DNA of 64,000 nucleotides from Lama glama (taxonomy: Eukaryota): NCBI GenBank assembly GCA_028534125.1, contig CM052817.1, forward strand, positions 32,180,001 to 32,244,000, read 5' to 3'. The notes below the pieces were generated by a model. The model worked only from the letters and a program-made list of their open reading frames with translations, was not told where the DNA came from and searched no databases. Position 1 is the first letter of the stretch, and each line of letters begins with the position of its first letter. Made by a program: the position numbers and the translations under genes. Shown piece after piece: positions 1 through 12,559 of the stretch.

Positions 1-1582
1 TTGAAGTATAGTCAGTTTACAATGTTGTGTCAATTTCTGGTGTACAGCATAATTTTTCAATCATATATGTTCATACCTATATTCCTGTTCATATTCTTTT
101 TCATTATGGGTTACTACAAGATATTGAATATGGTTCCCTGAGCTATACAGTATAAAACTTGGTATTTATCTATTTCTGAAAATTAAAAAAATTTTTTTTG
201 TTTATCTATTTTATATATAGTAGTTAGTATCTGCAAATCTTGACCTCCCAATTTATCCCTTCCCTCCCTATCACCCTGCTGGTAACCATAAGTTTGTTTT
301 CTATGAGTCTGTTTCTGTTTTGTAAATAAGTTCATTTCTCTTTTTTTTTAAAGATTCCACATATAAGTGATATCACATGGTTTTTTCTTTCTCTGTCTGG
401 CTAAATTCACTTAGTATGATAATCTCCAGGTCCATCCACGTTGCTGCAAAGGGCATTATTTTATTACTTTTTATGGCTGAGTAGTAGTCCATTGTATAAA
501 TATACCACAGCTTTTTTATCCAGTCATCTGTTGATGGACATTTAGGTTGTTTCCATGTCTTGCTATTGTATGTAGTGCTGCTATGCACGCTGGGGAGCAT
601 GTATCTTTTCAAATTAGTTTCCTCTGGATATATGCCCAGGAATGGGATTGTTGGATCATATGATAAATCTATTTTTAGTTTTTTAAGGGACCTCCATACT
701 GTTTTCCATTATGGCTGCACCAAACTACATTCCTACCAACAGTGTAGGAAGGTTCCCTTTTCTCCACACCCTCTCATTTGTGGACCTTTTTAATGATGGC
801 CATTCTGACCAGTGTGAGGCGATACCGTATAGTTTTGATTTTCATTTCTCTGATAGTTAGTGATATTGAGCATTTTTTCATATGCCTATTTGCCATTTAT
901 ACATCTTCATTGGAGAAATGCTTGTTTAGGTCTTCTGTTCATTTTTGGATTGGGTTGTTTGTTTTTTTGTTATTAAGTTGTATGAGCTGTTTATGTATTC
1001 TGGAAATTAAATCTTTGTCAGTTGCATCATTTGCAAATATTTTCTCCCAGTCTGTAGGTTGTCTTTTTGTTTTGCTTATGGTTTCCTTTGCTGCGCAAAA
1101 GGTTTTAAGTTTGATTCTGTCCCATTTGCTTATTTTTGCTTTTATTGCTATTGCCTGGGTAGACTGCCCTAGGAGAACATTGCTAAGATTTATGTCAGAG
1201 AATGTTTTGCCTCTTTTCTTCTAGGAGGTTTATAGTGTTTAAGTCTTTGATCCATTTTGAGTTTATTTTTGTGTATGGTGTGAGGGAGTGTTCTAACTTC
1301 ATTTATTTACATGTGGCTGTCCAGCTTTCCCAACAACACTTGCTGAAGAGACTGTCTTTTCTTCATTGTATATTCTTGCCTCCTTTGTCAAAGATTAATT
1401 GACTGTAGGTGTGAGGGGTTTATTTCTGGGTTCTCTGTTCTGTTCCATATATCTGTTTTTGTGCCAATACCACACTGTTTTGATTACTATAGCTCTGTAG
1501 TATTGTCTGAAGTCTGGGAAGATTATTCCTCCAGCTTCATTCTTTTCCTTCAGTATTGCTTTGGCAATTCTGGGTCTTTTGT
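1..1582 (-). mobile_element. LINE-1 3' portion (ORF2 C-terminus + 3' UTR), 5'-truncated, relatively young
   Basis: Minus-strand ORFs 373-612 ([30 protein letters not shown]...WMDLEIIILSE) and 1395-1589 (KRPRIAKAILKEKNEAGGI.FPDFRQYYRA.VIKTVWYWHKNR) are typical L1 ORF2p. Confidence 0.95.
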
Positions 1583-2157
1583 TCAACACTGTATTATGAA
1601 TATGACTATGATCCTACATGCCATAAAATTTTTATGATTCATTCATTAGTGTATAGGCTAGGCTACTGGGAAGCAATTATACCAATTATATTAGGCAACC
1701 ATAAAGCAATTGTATTGCTGCTTCTCTGTTATCAATGCATGAGTCGTTATACCTGTAAATAAATATGAATTTCTTTTTCACATTATCTTTTCACTTTTGA
1801 TGACAAGTGTTAGTAATATATATAGTGTCCATAGTGTTTTGTGTTATGTAAAACAATACTGATATAGGTACTAACAAATGGCATAAACTTACAGCATCAA
1901 TACAGTACTATAAATGTATTTTGTCTTATGATTTTCTTAATAATATTTTATTTTCTCTAGCTTACTTTATTATTAGAATACAGTATAAAATACATATAAT
2001 ATGCAAAATATGTTAATCAACTGTTTATATACTCAGTAAGACTTCTCGTCAACAGTAGACTATTAGTTAAGTTTTGGGGGGGTCAAAAGTTATATGCAAA
2101 TTGTCGACTGCAGAGGTACTGGCATCCCCAACCCCTGTGTATTTCAAGGTACAACTG
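1583..2157. mobile_element. TcMar-Tigger DNA transposon remnant (Tigger2/MER8-like end)
   Basis: gtcaacagtagactattagttaagttttgggggggtcaaaagttata...ttcaaggtacaactg followed by a TA target site. Confidence 0.8.
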
Positions 2158-2989
2158 TACTTTGCATGTGGGCTGGTGAGGGGTGGGGAAAGTTGTGCTC
2201 CAATAGTGGGAGACTGACTCAGGGAGGCAGGAAAGAAAGATATATCTCCCCTTCATGATGCAAAACTGGCACAAGGCTCTTCCAAACACAACTGGTCCTA
2301 AACCCTTCCCATGATCATTAAGTACAATAACTTCTTGGTGCCTGTCTGTTCCCCTTCCGATTTTTCAAGTAGGCCCTCTGTAGTTTTCCTTAAGGATGTG
2401 GTTTAAGCTCAGTTCAGTCTTCGTCAATCTTCTTCCTATTGGGGAACAGCGAGGTTTGCCTTCAGTCCCTAAGGATGAGCTTCATCTAGAAAGTGGGAGC
2501 AGTCTGTCCAGGAGGATCATCCAGCAGGCACCACGATGAGAGCTCTGGGCACCTGGGGTGGGGGTGCCTTGAAGAGGGAGAGAAGGCTTCCAAGGGGAAG
2601 TGGCAGGAGGAGGACAAGTGGCACAGTGTGGAGCCCGGGTCAGTGGCCATCCTTGAAAGGCACGTTGCCTATAACACTATTTTGAGCCTTGCTCTCACAC
2701 ACCCCAAGGTGTAGTCCTGTTGCTGGACCCTTTAATCTGATTAACAAGGAGGAGAAGAAAATTCCATACCCTAGAATTGGGGAAACCGTGTTTCATATTA
2801 CCACTAATGATGGACAGAGAGCGTACAGGACTTGCCTGGACTCTGAGAACTATGCGGGGTGTGACTGCCTACTGGTGCTAGAAAAACAGGTGCAGCTTCT
2901 ACATGGAAGGCCCTGGAGTGTGTGTTGGATGAGGAGGGATGGGGTGGATAAACAGGCCCCCTGTAAAATGTTATACGAAGATGCAGTAT

Positions 2990-3230
2990 AGATAGCATAG
3001 TGTTAAAATACACAGATTCCAAGCCAGCCGGCGTAGGTTTAGTTCTCCTGGTTCCACCACTCAAGCTGTGTGACTTTGGGCCAGTTGCTTGACCTACTGT
3101 GCCTCAGTCTCCTCACCTGTAAAATGAATTTAACGAAAGTTTCTACCTCCTGGGATCGTTGGGAGGGTTAAATGAGTTAATACAAGCACCCAGTGCCAAG
3201 TGAGTGGTACTTAAGTATTTGCCAATATTT
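2990..3230 (+). mobile_element. MIR SINE
   Basis: Core gctgtgtgactttgggccagttgcttgacc...gcctcagtctcctcacctgtaaaatg. Confidence 0.8.
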
Positions 3231-6200
3231 ATCTTCCCCAATCTATTGTCTGTGAATTTGAAATGCTTCCCAAAGCTGAAGTTATAAAATGTGAATGGTG
3301 ACTTAGAGCAGACTAAGGTTGTGGTGATAGAGCTTCAACGCCAGAAAAAGTGACTATGAGATGGAAAGATGAAGAATAAAACGGAAGCAGTTGTAGGGGC
3401 TCAAGGTTGGACTTTTGGGATAAACCGACCAGACCGAGGGATGGGGGCAGGAGGCTGGGAAGCCTAGAGTTCAGCCAGAAGGGATCAGTGCCCGGGGTTC
3501 GGACGAGGCGGGAAACACTCAAACGAGAGAGAAGGCACAGGGGGACTCTGGGCACGGCCCAGAGTCTGGACGTGGGTTGCTGTCAAAAGAGCAGTTTTGA
3601 CTGCAACCCAGTTTGGAACTGGAGGTGAGCAAAACCTGGGAAGAGATGCAGTTTATTTCTGGCATCTCCTCTCCAGAGAGCACCACCCCTCTCTTGCTCT
3701 ATGTCTGATACTTTCACACTGTCTTGAAAATGCTGTTCCCCTAGAGCCATGCCTTGTCCTCCCCACTGCTCCACAGCGTGGAACCGCTTACCTCACCCAC
3801 CCCTCCCCACACAAGCTTCCCGTTATCTGAGCCAAGACTCAGAAATCAGCCTGCCTCGAGGAGACCTAACAGCGTGGAACTCATCTCTCACTAATGAAAT
3901 CACTGACAGCCACGGACTAGTCCCTAAGGTGCCTGGGTTTTTAAAAGGAAATACTTGTAAACTCAAATGAATCTCTAACTAGGAATTCTTAATTTAGGGG
4001 GTTACGGTGTGAGTGCAGGTAGATTTCAGGCCTTTGACAGAGAATCCTCATTTTCAATGATTCTTAAAGGGAGTCTGTGATTCCCAAAATGTTCAGGATA
4101 TTTGCTTTAACCTATTTTGGCTAAGGCAGTGGAATAAAGGAAAACGGAAGCCTTCAGTTTAGTTGGAAGAAAATAGTTTTCAACTCCTTAAGTTAGAGGT
4201 TTGCATGTGTGCATGTCTCCAAATCCTTTTCTGTTTCTATTTTGGAACCACAGATTGTTTTTTTTTTCTTTAAATGTTTGGATTCATTGCTTTCTTTCCC
4301 ACCAACATGGCTCCTGTGGTAGCCTCAACTGGGCGTTCAGGTGTGACTGTCAGGAGCTGTGAGGTAGCTGAGGCAGATGTAACCAGGTTGTAGGGGCTGT
4401 AATCTGCTTAGTCACGGGTTTTTGACATCTTACGTCCTCTCCCTCTCTAAAACAGGAAGTTCTTACTTCCATAACGTGTTATCATCACCAGGGAAGTGAG
4501 CATATATTTTCCACAGCACCCGCCCCCTCTTCCCTCTCGCATCCCCTATTGCTGTCTGCGTCTCCATTCACTCTCCCAGCATGCTTCACTTTGCCATAAT
4601 GAGATGCTCGGCTCCTCTGCAGCCACGACGTCTGGAGATGGATGGGGCCTCCTGTACTGCCCTGAGAGGGATGTTAAAAAGACACTGTATTCATGGAAGC
4701 AGGCTAGGAAAGGCGAGGAGAAATGGGGAGCCTGACAACACACAGAAGCCATTGTCCAAGTAAAATGGTTATTCTTTCTGTCCATCCCCTGCGAGCTGGA
4801 GTAACTGCAGCAATGCCATATTTATGAAAGTCACTATAAAGGTCATGAATTGTTTAGATTCTATTGGAAAATTACACCTTCTGAGATTGAATTTAATGCG
4901 ACATCATTAGGGCTTGATTAGCTCAATGCGATTAAAGTGAAAACACCCAATTCAGAGAAGAACATGTGGTAATGAATGAATACATTTTTATTCAAATATT
5001 CTGTTAAATCCCTAGGCAGGTGTGATTTCTGTGAAATAAAAGGCCCTGGATAAAAAAGAAAAGTGTCAGTATAAGCATGTTATGGTTGTGCTGCAGAAAA
5101 AGATTAGCAGGAAAAAAAAGAGTCTTATTAATGCTACACTAATAGTCATATGACAAGAAATCTTGGAGGTTAGAAATAATTTAAAAAATAAATGAAATTT
5201 CCTCTATATCTAGGACAGGCAAAAAAATTGTTACTAAATGAAGTCAAAATTGAAACACTGATGTCAAATTTCAGTGTAACTGAATAATTCTTAGCTTTTC
5301 TGAGATATGTCTAAGATGGCTGCTTTATAAAGAAAGGAACCAGGATCTTCTAGAAATTTAAAAATATAGGCTCACTGTTACTTCAAATAGTCCCAAGCAT
5401 AAAAATTAGCCAACTGCACCTCCCAAGATTACATTAGGTTCACACAGAAATACACGGCCACATCACAGAGTTGGTGCTCACACATTCATTCCTGCTTCCC
5501 TCCTACTTTTATAAATGCTTTTACATATTTCATCTTATTTAGCCCTTATTTATCCCTTGAAGATATTACTCCCATTTTTTATAGATGATGGAACTGAGGC
5601 TCAGACAAGTTTAATGCCTCTTCAAGCATTTAAGTGGTAGGTAGGATTTGAGTTTTAATTCAGTCTGGCCCAAGGGTAATCCTTAAAGATATTTTGCCGG
5701 TGTCTCTAGTATAGCAGATTTTAAATTGTTTCTATCAGTAACTGTGGCTCTCGGGGAGAGGCAGTATTACATCAACGTCAAGGAAGAGAAATTATTCATT
5801 ATGGGAACCCAACATGTGTCTCTCTTCATGCAGAATCCCCCGTAACTGATTACTTGTTTAGGGTGCTGTCTTTCTATAGTCCAGGCATTTCCTATATCCA
5901 CTTGAACTTCCAGTATCAATCAGTTTTCATTAAGCAAGTTTCCAGAGAGTTTGAATGACGGGCATTGATTTTTTTTTTTCACTGTGTAAAGTCTCCCATG
6001 CCAGTTCCAAACTAGGGTAATTTAACACTGGTAAAGGACACTTTTGTATGCTAACTCGGTGTTCACCGTAAACTCTAGAAGGGAGGAAGGAAGCCCAGCT
6101 AATAGAACACAGCGACTGTGGAGTCAGGGACTAGCTTATAGGGAAAGACAGACTTGGAATGACAAGCTGGATGTGAGAGGGAAGAGTTTATTCTAGAACG

Positions 6201-6234
6201 TGGGGAGTCCTTAGAGTGTCACGCTGACCAAAGC

Positions 6235-6455
6235 AGATAACGTTTATTCAGCATCACTACGTGCCAGGTACTTTTAAGTGCTTTTCTTGTGTTTATTCAT
6301 TCATTTACTTCTCACCACATTCCTATGAGGTAGGTCCTACTATTTTCACTATTTTGCAAATGAGGAAACCAAGACAGAGAGGTGTGAAGAAATGTCTTTT
6401 AAAGTGGTGGAACCACAGGATTTTAATCCAGGCCATCTGGCTCCAGAAAGCCTAC
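6235..6455 (-). mobile_element. MIR SINE
   Basis: cctatgaggtagg...attttgcaaatgaggaaaccaagacagagagg. Confidence 0.75.
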
Positions 6456-7519
6456 ATTCTGTTCAGGAAAAAATGGCAAAAGGGCTCCCAAGGCTAAAAA
6501 AATGTCCAATGTAGAGGTGGTTCCATAAAGTTCCATCTGTTAAGGTTTTTTTTTTTTAAATATTGGGAGGCACGTTCCAGCCCCAGTAGAGGCTGATGAA
6601 AAAATGGAAGTCTCTTGAATGTGCATTTTAAGCCCACATGACAGGAGTACATCGGTTCTATGAAGTAACCTGCAGTGATTGTAAAGGGGCTGCTTGCTTG
6701 TGTTTAACAGTGTCCTGACCTCGGGTATACGAAAGGCAGGGGAAAAGGAAGCTGATGAATGAAAAAGCAGTAAAGCAAGACAGAAGGCAAATGATGACGT
6801 ATTTTTGGCTTGTCAATTACTACCAGTCTTGAGGAGGGACTGTCCGTTTTGGTGACCATGAGGAAACTGACTACTTCTATGCTTTTTCCTTTAACCTGAT
6901 AATTGGGACCTGACTACACGGAGGTATTGACAAATGAAACCAACAGTTGTATTACCTTAGCAGCATCCGGCAAGTGGTTATTTACAAAGTTCTATGTATG
7001 TATGTGAGAAGGAACACATTACAGTGACATGTAATTAAAATTAAAAGCTGAAACTGGTTCCCAATAACACAGGCCTCAGTGGTTAAAAGGTTAATTCCAG
7101 TAAGCTGAAGAGGCTGCCCCCTCCCACTGATATAACAGGGTAGAGATTTTATTACATTCAGCAGAACCTCGTTAGATACTCGGGATAAATAATCTCATTG
7201 ATAATATACCATGAAATAGATAGCTGCTTTTGAAATAAGATAAAAGGATAAAATAGATAAAATGTAGTAACCTGGAAATAATCTTTCTGACTCATATCTT
7301 TCATAATATACACCTACAAAGGCAGTTTGAGTGGCTAGATATTCAATTCTACAAAGAGGCCAGATTTCACACACTCTTTTAAAAGTACAGTTATATCCAT
7401 ATTATTATATCCTTACAAGTAGAACTCTTAAGTATGTAGGGCATATATTAACCTGATTAAGAAGAGAGAGAACTGAAGTCCAGCCTGGGAACATTATATC
7501 ATAGGGAGTTTGGCAACTT

Positions 7520-7710
7520 AGGGGCACTATTACTTATTAGTAGAGTGGCAAGTTACTTAAGGTCTCCCAGCCTCAGTTAACTTATCTGTAAATTGGGGAT
7601 AATATTAGTACCCCATCGGGGTGTTGTGAAGTTAGGTGGAATAATTAACAAGCAAAGCACTGCAAGAGTGGAGCATATCACACTGGAAACACTCAAAAAA
7701 GTTTTCATTA
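7520..7710 (+). mobile_element. MIR SINE
   Basis: ggcaagttacttaa...gcctcagtt...atctgtaaattggggataata. Confidence 0.7.
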
Positions 7711-8589
7711 TTTGGGTCAACAAACTGTCAGTTGGTTATGAGTTTGGAGAAATAAACCATCCTGTATCCCTATGGATTTATTTATTTTCCCCTATATTCT
7801 GGAAACCCACTTAGCTGGACTTTTGTAACTTGGGGAGTTCTACGCCCTCTTTCTGTAATCTGAGGGTGAATTAATTCCTCCCTGCAGTATGTTTTCTCAT
7901 TCTTTTCAAATCTCATATGGGCACATTTATCTATCTTTCTGAGCAGGCCCAACCTTGTTTCAGTCTTGAGGACTACACCATTCTCCATTCTGTAACCCCA
8001 ACACATGTAGGAAAAGCCTACTATAGTGGGATGTATGGAAATTGGGGGAAATGTTATTAAGGAGCACTGTTGTTCTTTCTCTCACTAGACTTTTTCATAA
8101 CAAATTTTAATCTAGGCTTAAGATATTTAAAATATATGATTAAAATCAGTATTGTACAACAAATAAAACAGAAAAATTCCAATTAAATTAGGTTTCAGCT
8201 GACACAAAGTAACTTGCTTTAATATTACCTTAAAGCAGTAACTGCGTGAAGCAGTATGGCAGAGAGACTGCATTCCCAAATAGCTCTACCCACCACAGCC
8301 CCAAGACAATTATTAACTGTTTTCTCCAAGGATCTGAATATAAATGCACTGAAGTGTAACAGTATTATCTCAGTAAACATCCCCACAGGAATCAAATTAT
8401 TTGGGAATGCTACCAATGAGAAAAAATGGAAATTTACTATAAATTGAAAACAATTCCTTACTGAACTTCATAAAAAAGGCGGCAATATTCCAGCTCTGAA
8501 GTTAGAATGTGGAGATTGACGTAACTTGCAGCTGGAAAGGGACAGTAGTAGTTTACCCATCTTTGGAATTTGATGCTTTGCTATTGGAC

Positions 8590-8770
8590 AGTGTGGTGCA
8601 GGGCAAAACACCTGGTATAGGAGTTGGGAAATTTGCGTTTAAATAATGCTTTGTTATTAACTAGCTGGGTGACTTGGACTTCACATTTAACCCTTTTTGA
8701 CCTCATGTCTCATATTCTTAAAATGAGGAGGCTGGATTTGATAATCTCCAAGGTTCCTTCCAGATCTAAA
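8590..8770 (+). mobile_element. MIR/MIR3 SINE
   Basis: actagctgggtgacttgg...aaaatgaggaggctggat...aaggttccttccag. Confidence 0.6.
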
Positions 8771-11384
8771 ATGACACCTTACAGTCAACATTCAGTTCAC
8801 TTTAAGGAAGAGTTAACTAGTGCCTACTATTTGAAAGCACTGTACTAGGTACTAGGGACATAAACATAAATATAACAGGATTCCTACACTCAAAGGTTTA
8901 TAATCTTGTGGATTATTAAAATAACAGGGTAATATGTGCAGAATACTATGTAGTCACTTAATTATACCTGCTTTATTTTCCATAAGGCAGGGCGGCTTAA
9001 CAGACTTATGACCTTTGCCTCTCAATCCTCAGGCTACAGGTGACTCACTACAAAGATCTGTGCAAATTACTCTTGAAATCTGTTTTTTATTTGAAAATAA
9101 TCATACTGACCCAACTGAAAGTGATGCTGGAAAATAACAAAGGTTGTATACTCTATAAACTTTTATGGACACCATGTGCCAGTGGAGTGTTGGGTGCTGG
9201 GGCAAAGGAGCTGGCAGGTCTCTCATGTAGATTACCATTATATACATTATTATACAGTGTGCTACAAATAAATCAATATATATATAGCAAATGACTACCG
9301 AAAGCAAATTAACTATGACTTTATTTTAATTTAGAGGTGTCAAGAAGCAAGTCCGTTCCTGTGCAAAATAACATGTGTCTCAGCCTTTGAAGTACCATGA
9401 TAAGCAGTAACAAGCCACACAAATATTACATATACAAAATATTATGAACTTAGATAAACTATATATAATTATTCCCTAGAGGTAGAATGGGCTGAAAACA
9501 TAAATGGAATAAATAATGCAGGAGCAGCTTTTCTGCTCAGACTAAGGACAGACATTCTTCCAATTAAATCTGCCCAAAGAGGAATTGCCTATTTCAGAGT
9601 CTAAAGGTACCTACCCTTCCCTGTAGGGCCCAGCTGATGCTGTCAGGTTAAAGGTCACCAATGATGAGATTCTTGTCTGAACTGAACCTGAAGTGGATAC
9701 ATTCAGTTTCAAGTCTGAGATTCTATGATTAGATGAAGTGATTCATAGTGTTTGAATGATGGATATATGATAGATATAAAATTAGAAGGATGTAACTTAT
9801 CAATGAGACATTAGGGATTAAGAGGGATGGAGTATATTACAAGGGGAGGGGTGAGGGACAGAGGAACTGGTTTCATCTTGTTCTTTCAAACTTCTTGTTT
9901 TTGGCTGTAACATTTATGCCTTGATTTGAAACCTAAATTTCAGAACCCTGAAACTCAAAAGCCTTTCACTGTATAAATCTAAAACCAAAACGACTGTGTT
10001 GTTACCAGTTGTTTGTGGTGTCATCCATTCTCTAAGGCAGGACGGTGGAATGCCCTGGCTGCGGGATGGGGCAGGGCTTGGGGATACAGAGAAGTGGTGT
10101 ATGTGTGTTGTAGTTGAGATAGGAATAGGAGAGGGCACTCCTCCATTAATATCTCAAAATTTTATTCTACTACAAAAATATGGTGAGTGTGATGACTTGG
10201 TTTGAAAGACTTAAAAAAAGAACTGGTCAGAACTCAAGAAAATGGTACGAATTCTTGACTTGGGAAACTCAATGGTTAGAAGACTTCACCTACATTAACG
10301 CCTTCTTCTGTCAAATAATAGCCAGTTTTGTTTTCTGGACCGCTTCTTAGCGTTCAGTGACTTAGGTTCATTTAGCTTACGCTAAGTGTCCTTTGAGGGC
10401 TGGTGACCTAGCCCCTGGACTTGCTGACGTGCTAGACTGAGCCAGAAGCTCAGAGCGTGGCTCTGGGTTTCCTGCATGCGGTCTAGGGGCGCACATATGT
10501 ATATCACTGACAATGCAGCATTCGAAGCTTTTAGAACAGACCATTTGTGACGAAGAAGGAAGAAGTGTGTTGACTCTGGAAAAGAAATGCATTTCTTAAA
10601 CGGGGAGAGGATGGATTGTTGTACAAGGAAGAATTTGTTCCTCACCGGAGGGTTTGCTGGAAATGAAGACACGGCGATTCTGTACCCAGTTTCTAGCTGT
10701 ACGAAACAGCAAGAGAAGTCCCAGTCCAGGTTCGGCGCAGACTGGGCTCCTGCAGAGAGCCGCTCGGAGCCGTGCGAGACAAGCAGGGGATCCCGATGCG
10801 TCGCGCCAGGCGCGAGGGAAGAGCTGATTCCCCTACTCCGTGTAGCGGGATACTAGCTGCCCCAACTGCTCTTCCTCTTCTCAGTTCTTGGGGAAACACT
10901 TCGCGTGCTTTGTTTCAGACACCGACCCATCTTTCTCGGTTGGTCTCCAGCTCCACCAATCCCGCCCGCCACAGGGCGGGGCTTCAGGGTCAAGGTGGAC
11001 CAATTCCCCAGCCTCGCCCCTACACGCGCTCTCGGACCCCCGGGGCTGAGTGACAGCGCCCGGGCCCAACAGGCTATCTCAGAGCGTGGCCTCCGCCAGG
11101 GGCGTTACGGAGACGAGGAGCCAAGACCAATCGCATTGGCCCTTAGGGGGCGGGGCCTCTTTGCCAGCTCCAGGCCGGCGCTCTCTGCACTCTTTTTGTC
11201 AAATGAAAGACGCGTAGGGGCGGTCCCTGAGCCAAGGTTCAGCCAATGGAGGAGGCGAGGTGGGCGGGCCGGGAGTGCCTGGCGGCGAGTCCTCTGCTCC
11301 CAGCCGAGGTGCGGCGAGCCGGTGGGGGTACCGCGAGGCGAGCGCGGGAGCCTGGGCGGCGAGCGGGGTGTGAGCTGCCCGAAA

Positions 11385-11409
11385 ATGCACTCGGATGCTG
11401 CCGCTGTCA
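11385..11409 (+). CDS. DCUN1D4: DCUN1D4 coding exon 1 (MHSDAAAV + 1 nt)
   Basis: gaaaATGcac with A at -3; donor GTCA|gtgagt at 11410; phase 1. Confidence 0.95.
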
Positions 11410-11689
11410 GTGAGTAACAGAGAGCGAGCGGGCCGGGACCAGGCGTCTGCCAACACTCCTCGCTCGGCTCCCGCAGTCCCCGCCCCGCGCCTCCTGTCCC
11501 GAAACGCGCCGGGAGACCCGGCCCGGGAGCCACCCCTTCCCCTCCCGGGGCCGGGGCGGGCAGTGACGCTGCGGGCGGCGCGGGGCGGGGGCGGGCGTAG
11601 GGGGAAGGGGCCGGCCTGCCAGGGGAGGGCGGAGGTGAGGGGGGTGGGGACTGGCTCCATTTCAGTGTTGGGGGAAGGGGGGGCGGGAC

Positions 11690-11879
11690 GTGCGATGAAG
11701 GGCCGGGACCAGAGTGTCCGGGGTGAATGGAGGTGGAGGCGGCGGCAGGCGCTAGCGTGCAGGGCCGGGGGGGTGGCACCGGCTGGCGGGGAGAGGGGGC
11801 GAGCGAGCGAGCGAGCGGGGCGCAGGGGTGAGGATTTCCTAGGGGCTGAGCGGTGCGGGCAGCTCCGTGAGAAAGGCGG
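11690..11879 (+). other. DCUN1D4: Candidate alternative first exon 1b (5' end uncertain)
   Basis: Consensus donor GCGG|gtgagt at 11880; read in phase 1 it joins exon 2 as ...VRKA-D-FQLN. Confidence 0.6.
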
Positions 11880-12440
11880 GTGAGTGCTAGGGGAGCGCGG
11901 GGGCGGGGACAATGGGAAGAAGGGCTGTATGGCGGGGGTGGGGGGAACAATGGGGTGGGGGAATGGGGGCAGCGGCCGAGCGGGGCAGAGGGAGGGCACG
12001 GAGATGAGGGCTGATGTAATGGGAGAGAGAGACGGTGGGAGGGATTGGGGTGTGATGGGATAGTTGGGGAGTCCGGCGGGCGGGAGGGCCATAGGAAGCG
12101 TGGTGGGGGGTACCTGGGAGTGGTGAGAAGGGGCAGACGTTGGGTAATAGGATGGAGCAGGTGTTGGGAATATAGGATAATTGGGAGTAAGAAGAGAAGG
12201 TGGGCAGGGTTTGGGGTGACAGGATGGGGGCAGGGGTAGAGGAGGTGCGGTGGGGGTGAAGAGCTAGTTGGGAGGAAAGGGAGGTTGGGAGGGGCCGGGG
12301 CAAGGGGAAGACTGTCTAGTCCAGATTCGGTCCGCGCGGGGCTTGGGGGGGAGGTGTCAGACTACGTGTTTAGGGGAGGTGTATCCTACCCCAGATCAAG
12401 CCAGGGTCTCTCGAGGGGGAGCCCTGAGCTTGGGGGTGCG

Positions 12441-12500
12441 AGGAGAGGAGGGGGCGGGACTGATGTGGAGGGGGCGGGACTGAGGAGGAGGGGGCGGGGG
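12441..12500 (+). repeat. 3 x 20-bp tandem repeat, each unit with a GC box
   Basis: aggagaggagggggcgggac / tgatgtggagggggcgggac / tgaggaggagggggcggggg. Confidence 0.85.
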
Positions 12501-12559
12501 AGGTGCCCTGAGGTTGGCTCTGGCCGCGGTTCCCCCCGAGCGGCGGGAAGCGAGGTCAG

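Noticed and set aside
560..1402. Hydrophobic + strand ORFs (also 61840-62259 and 63085-63685)
   Set aside because: Antisense translations of A-rich L1 sequence.
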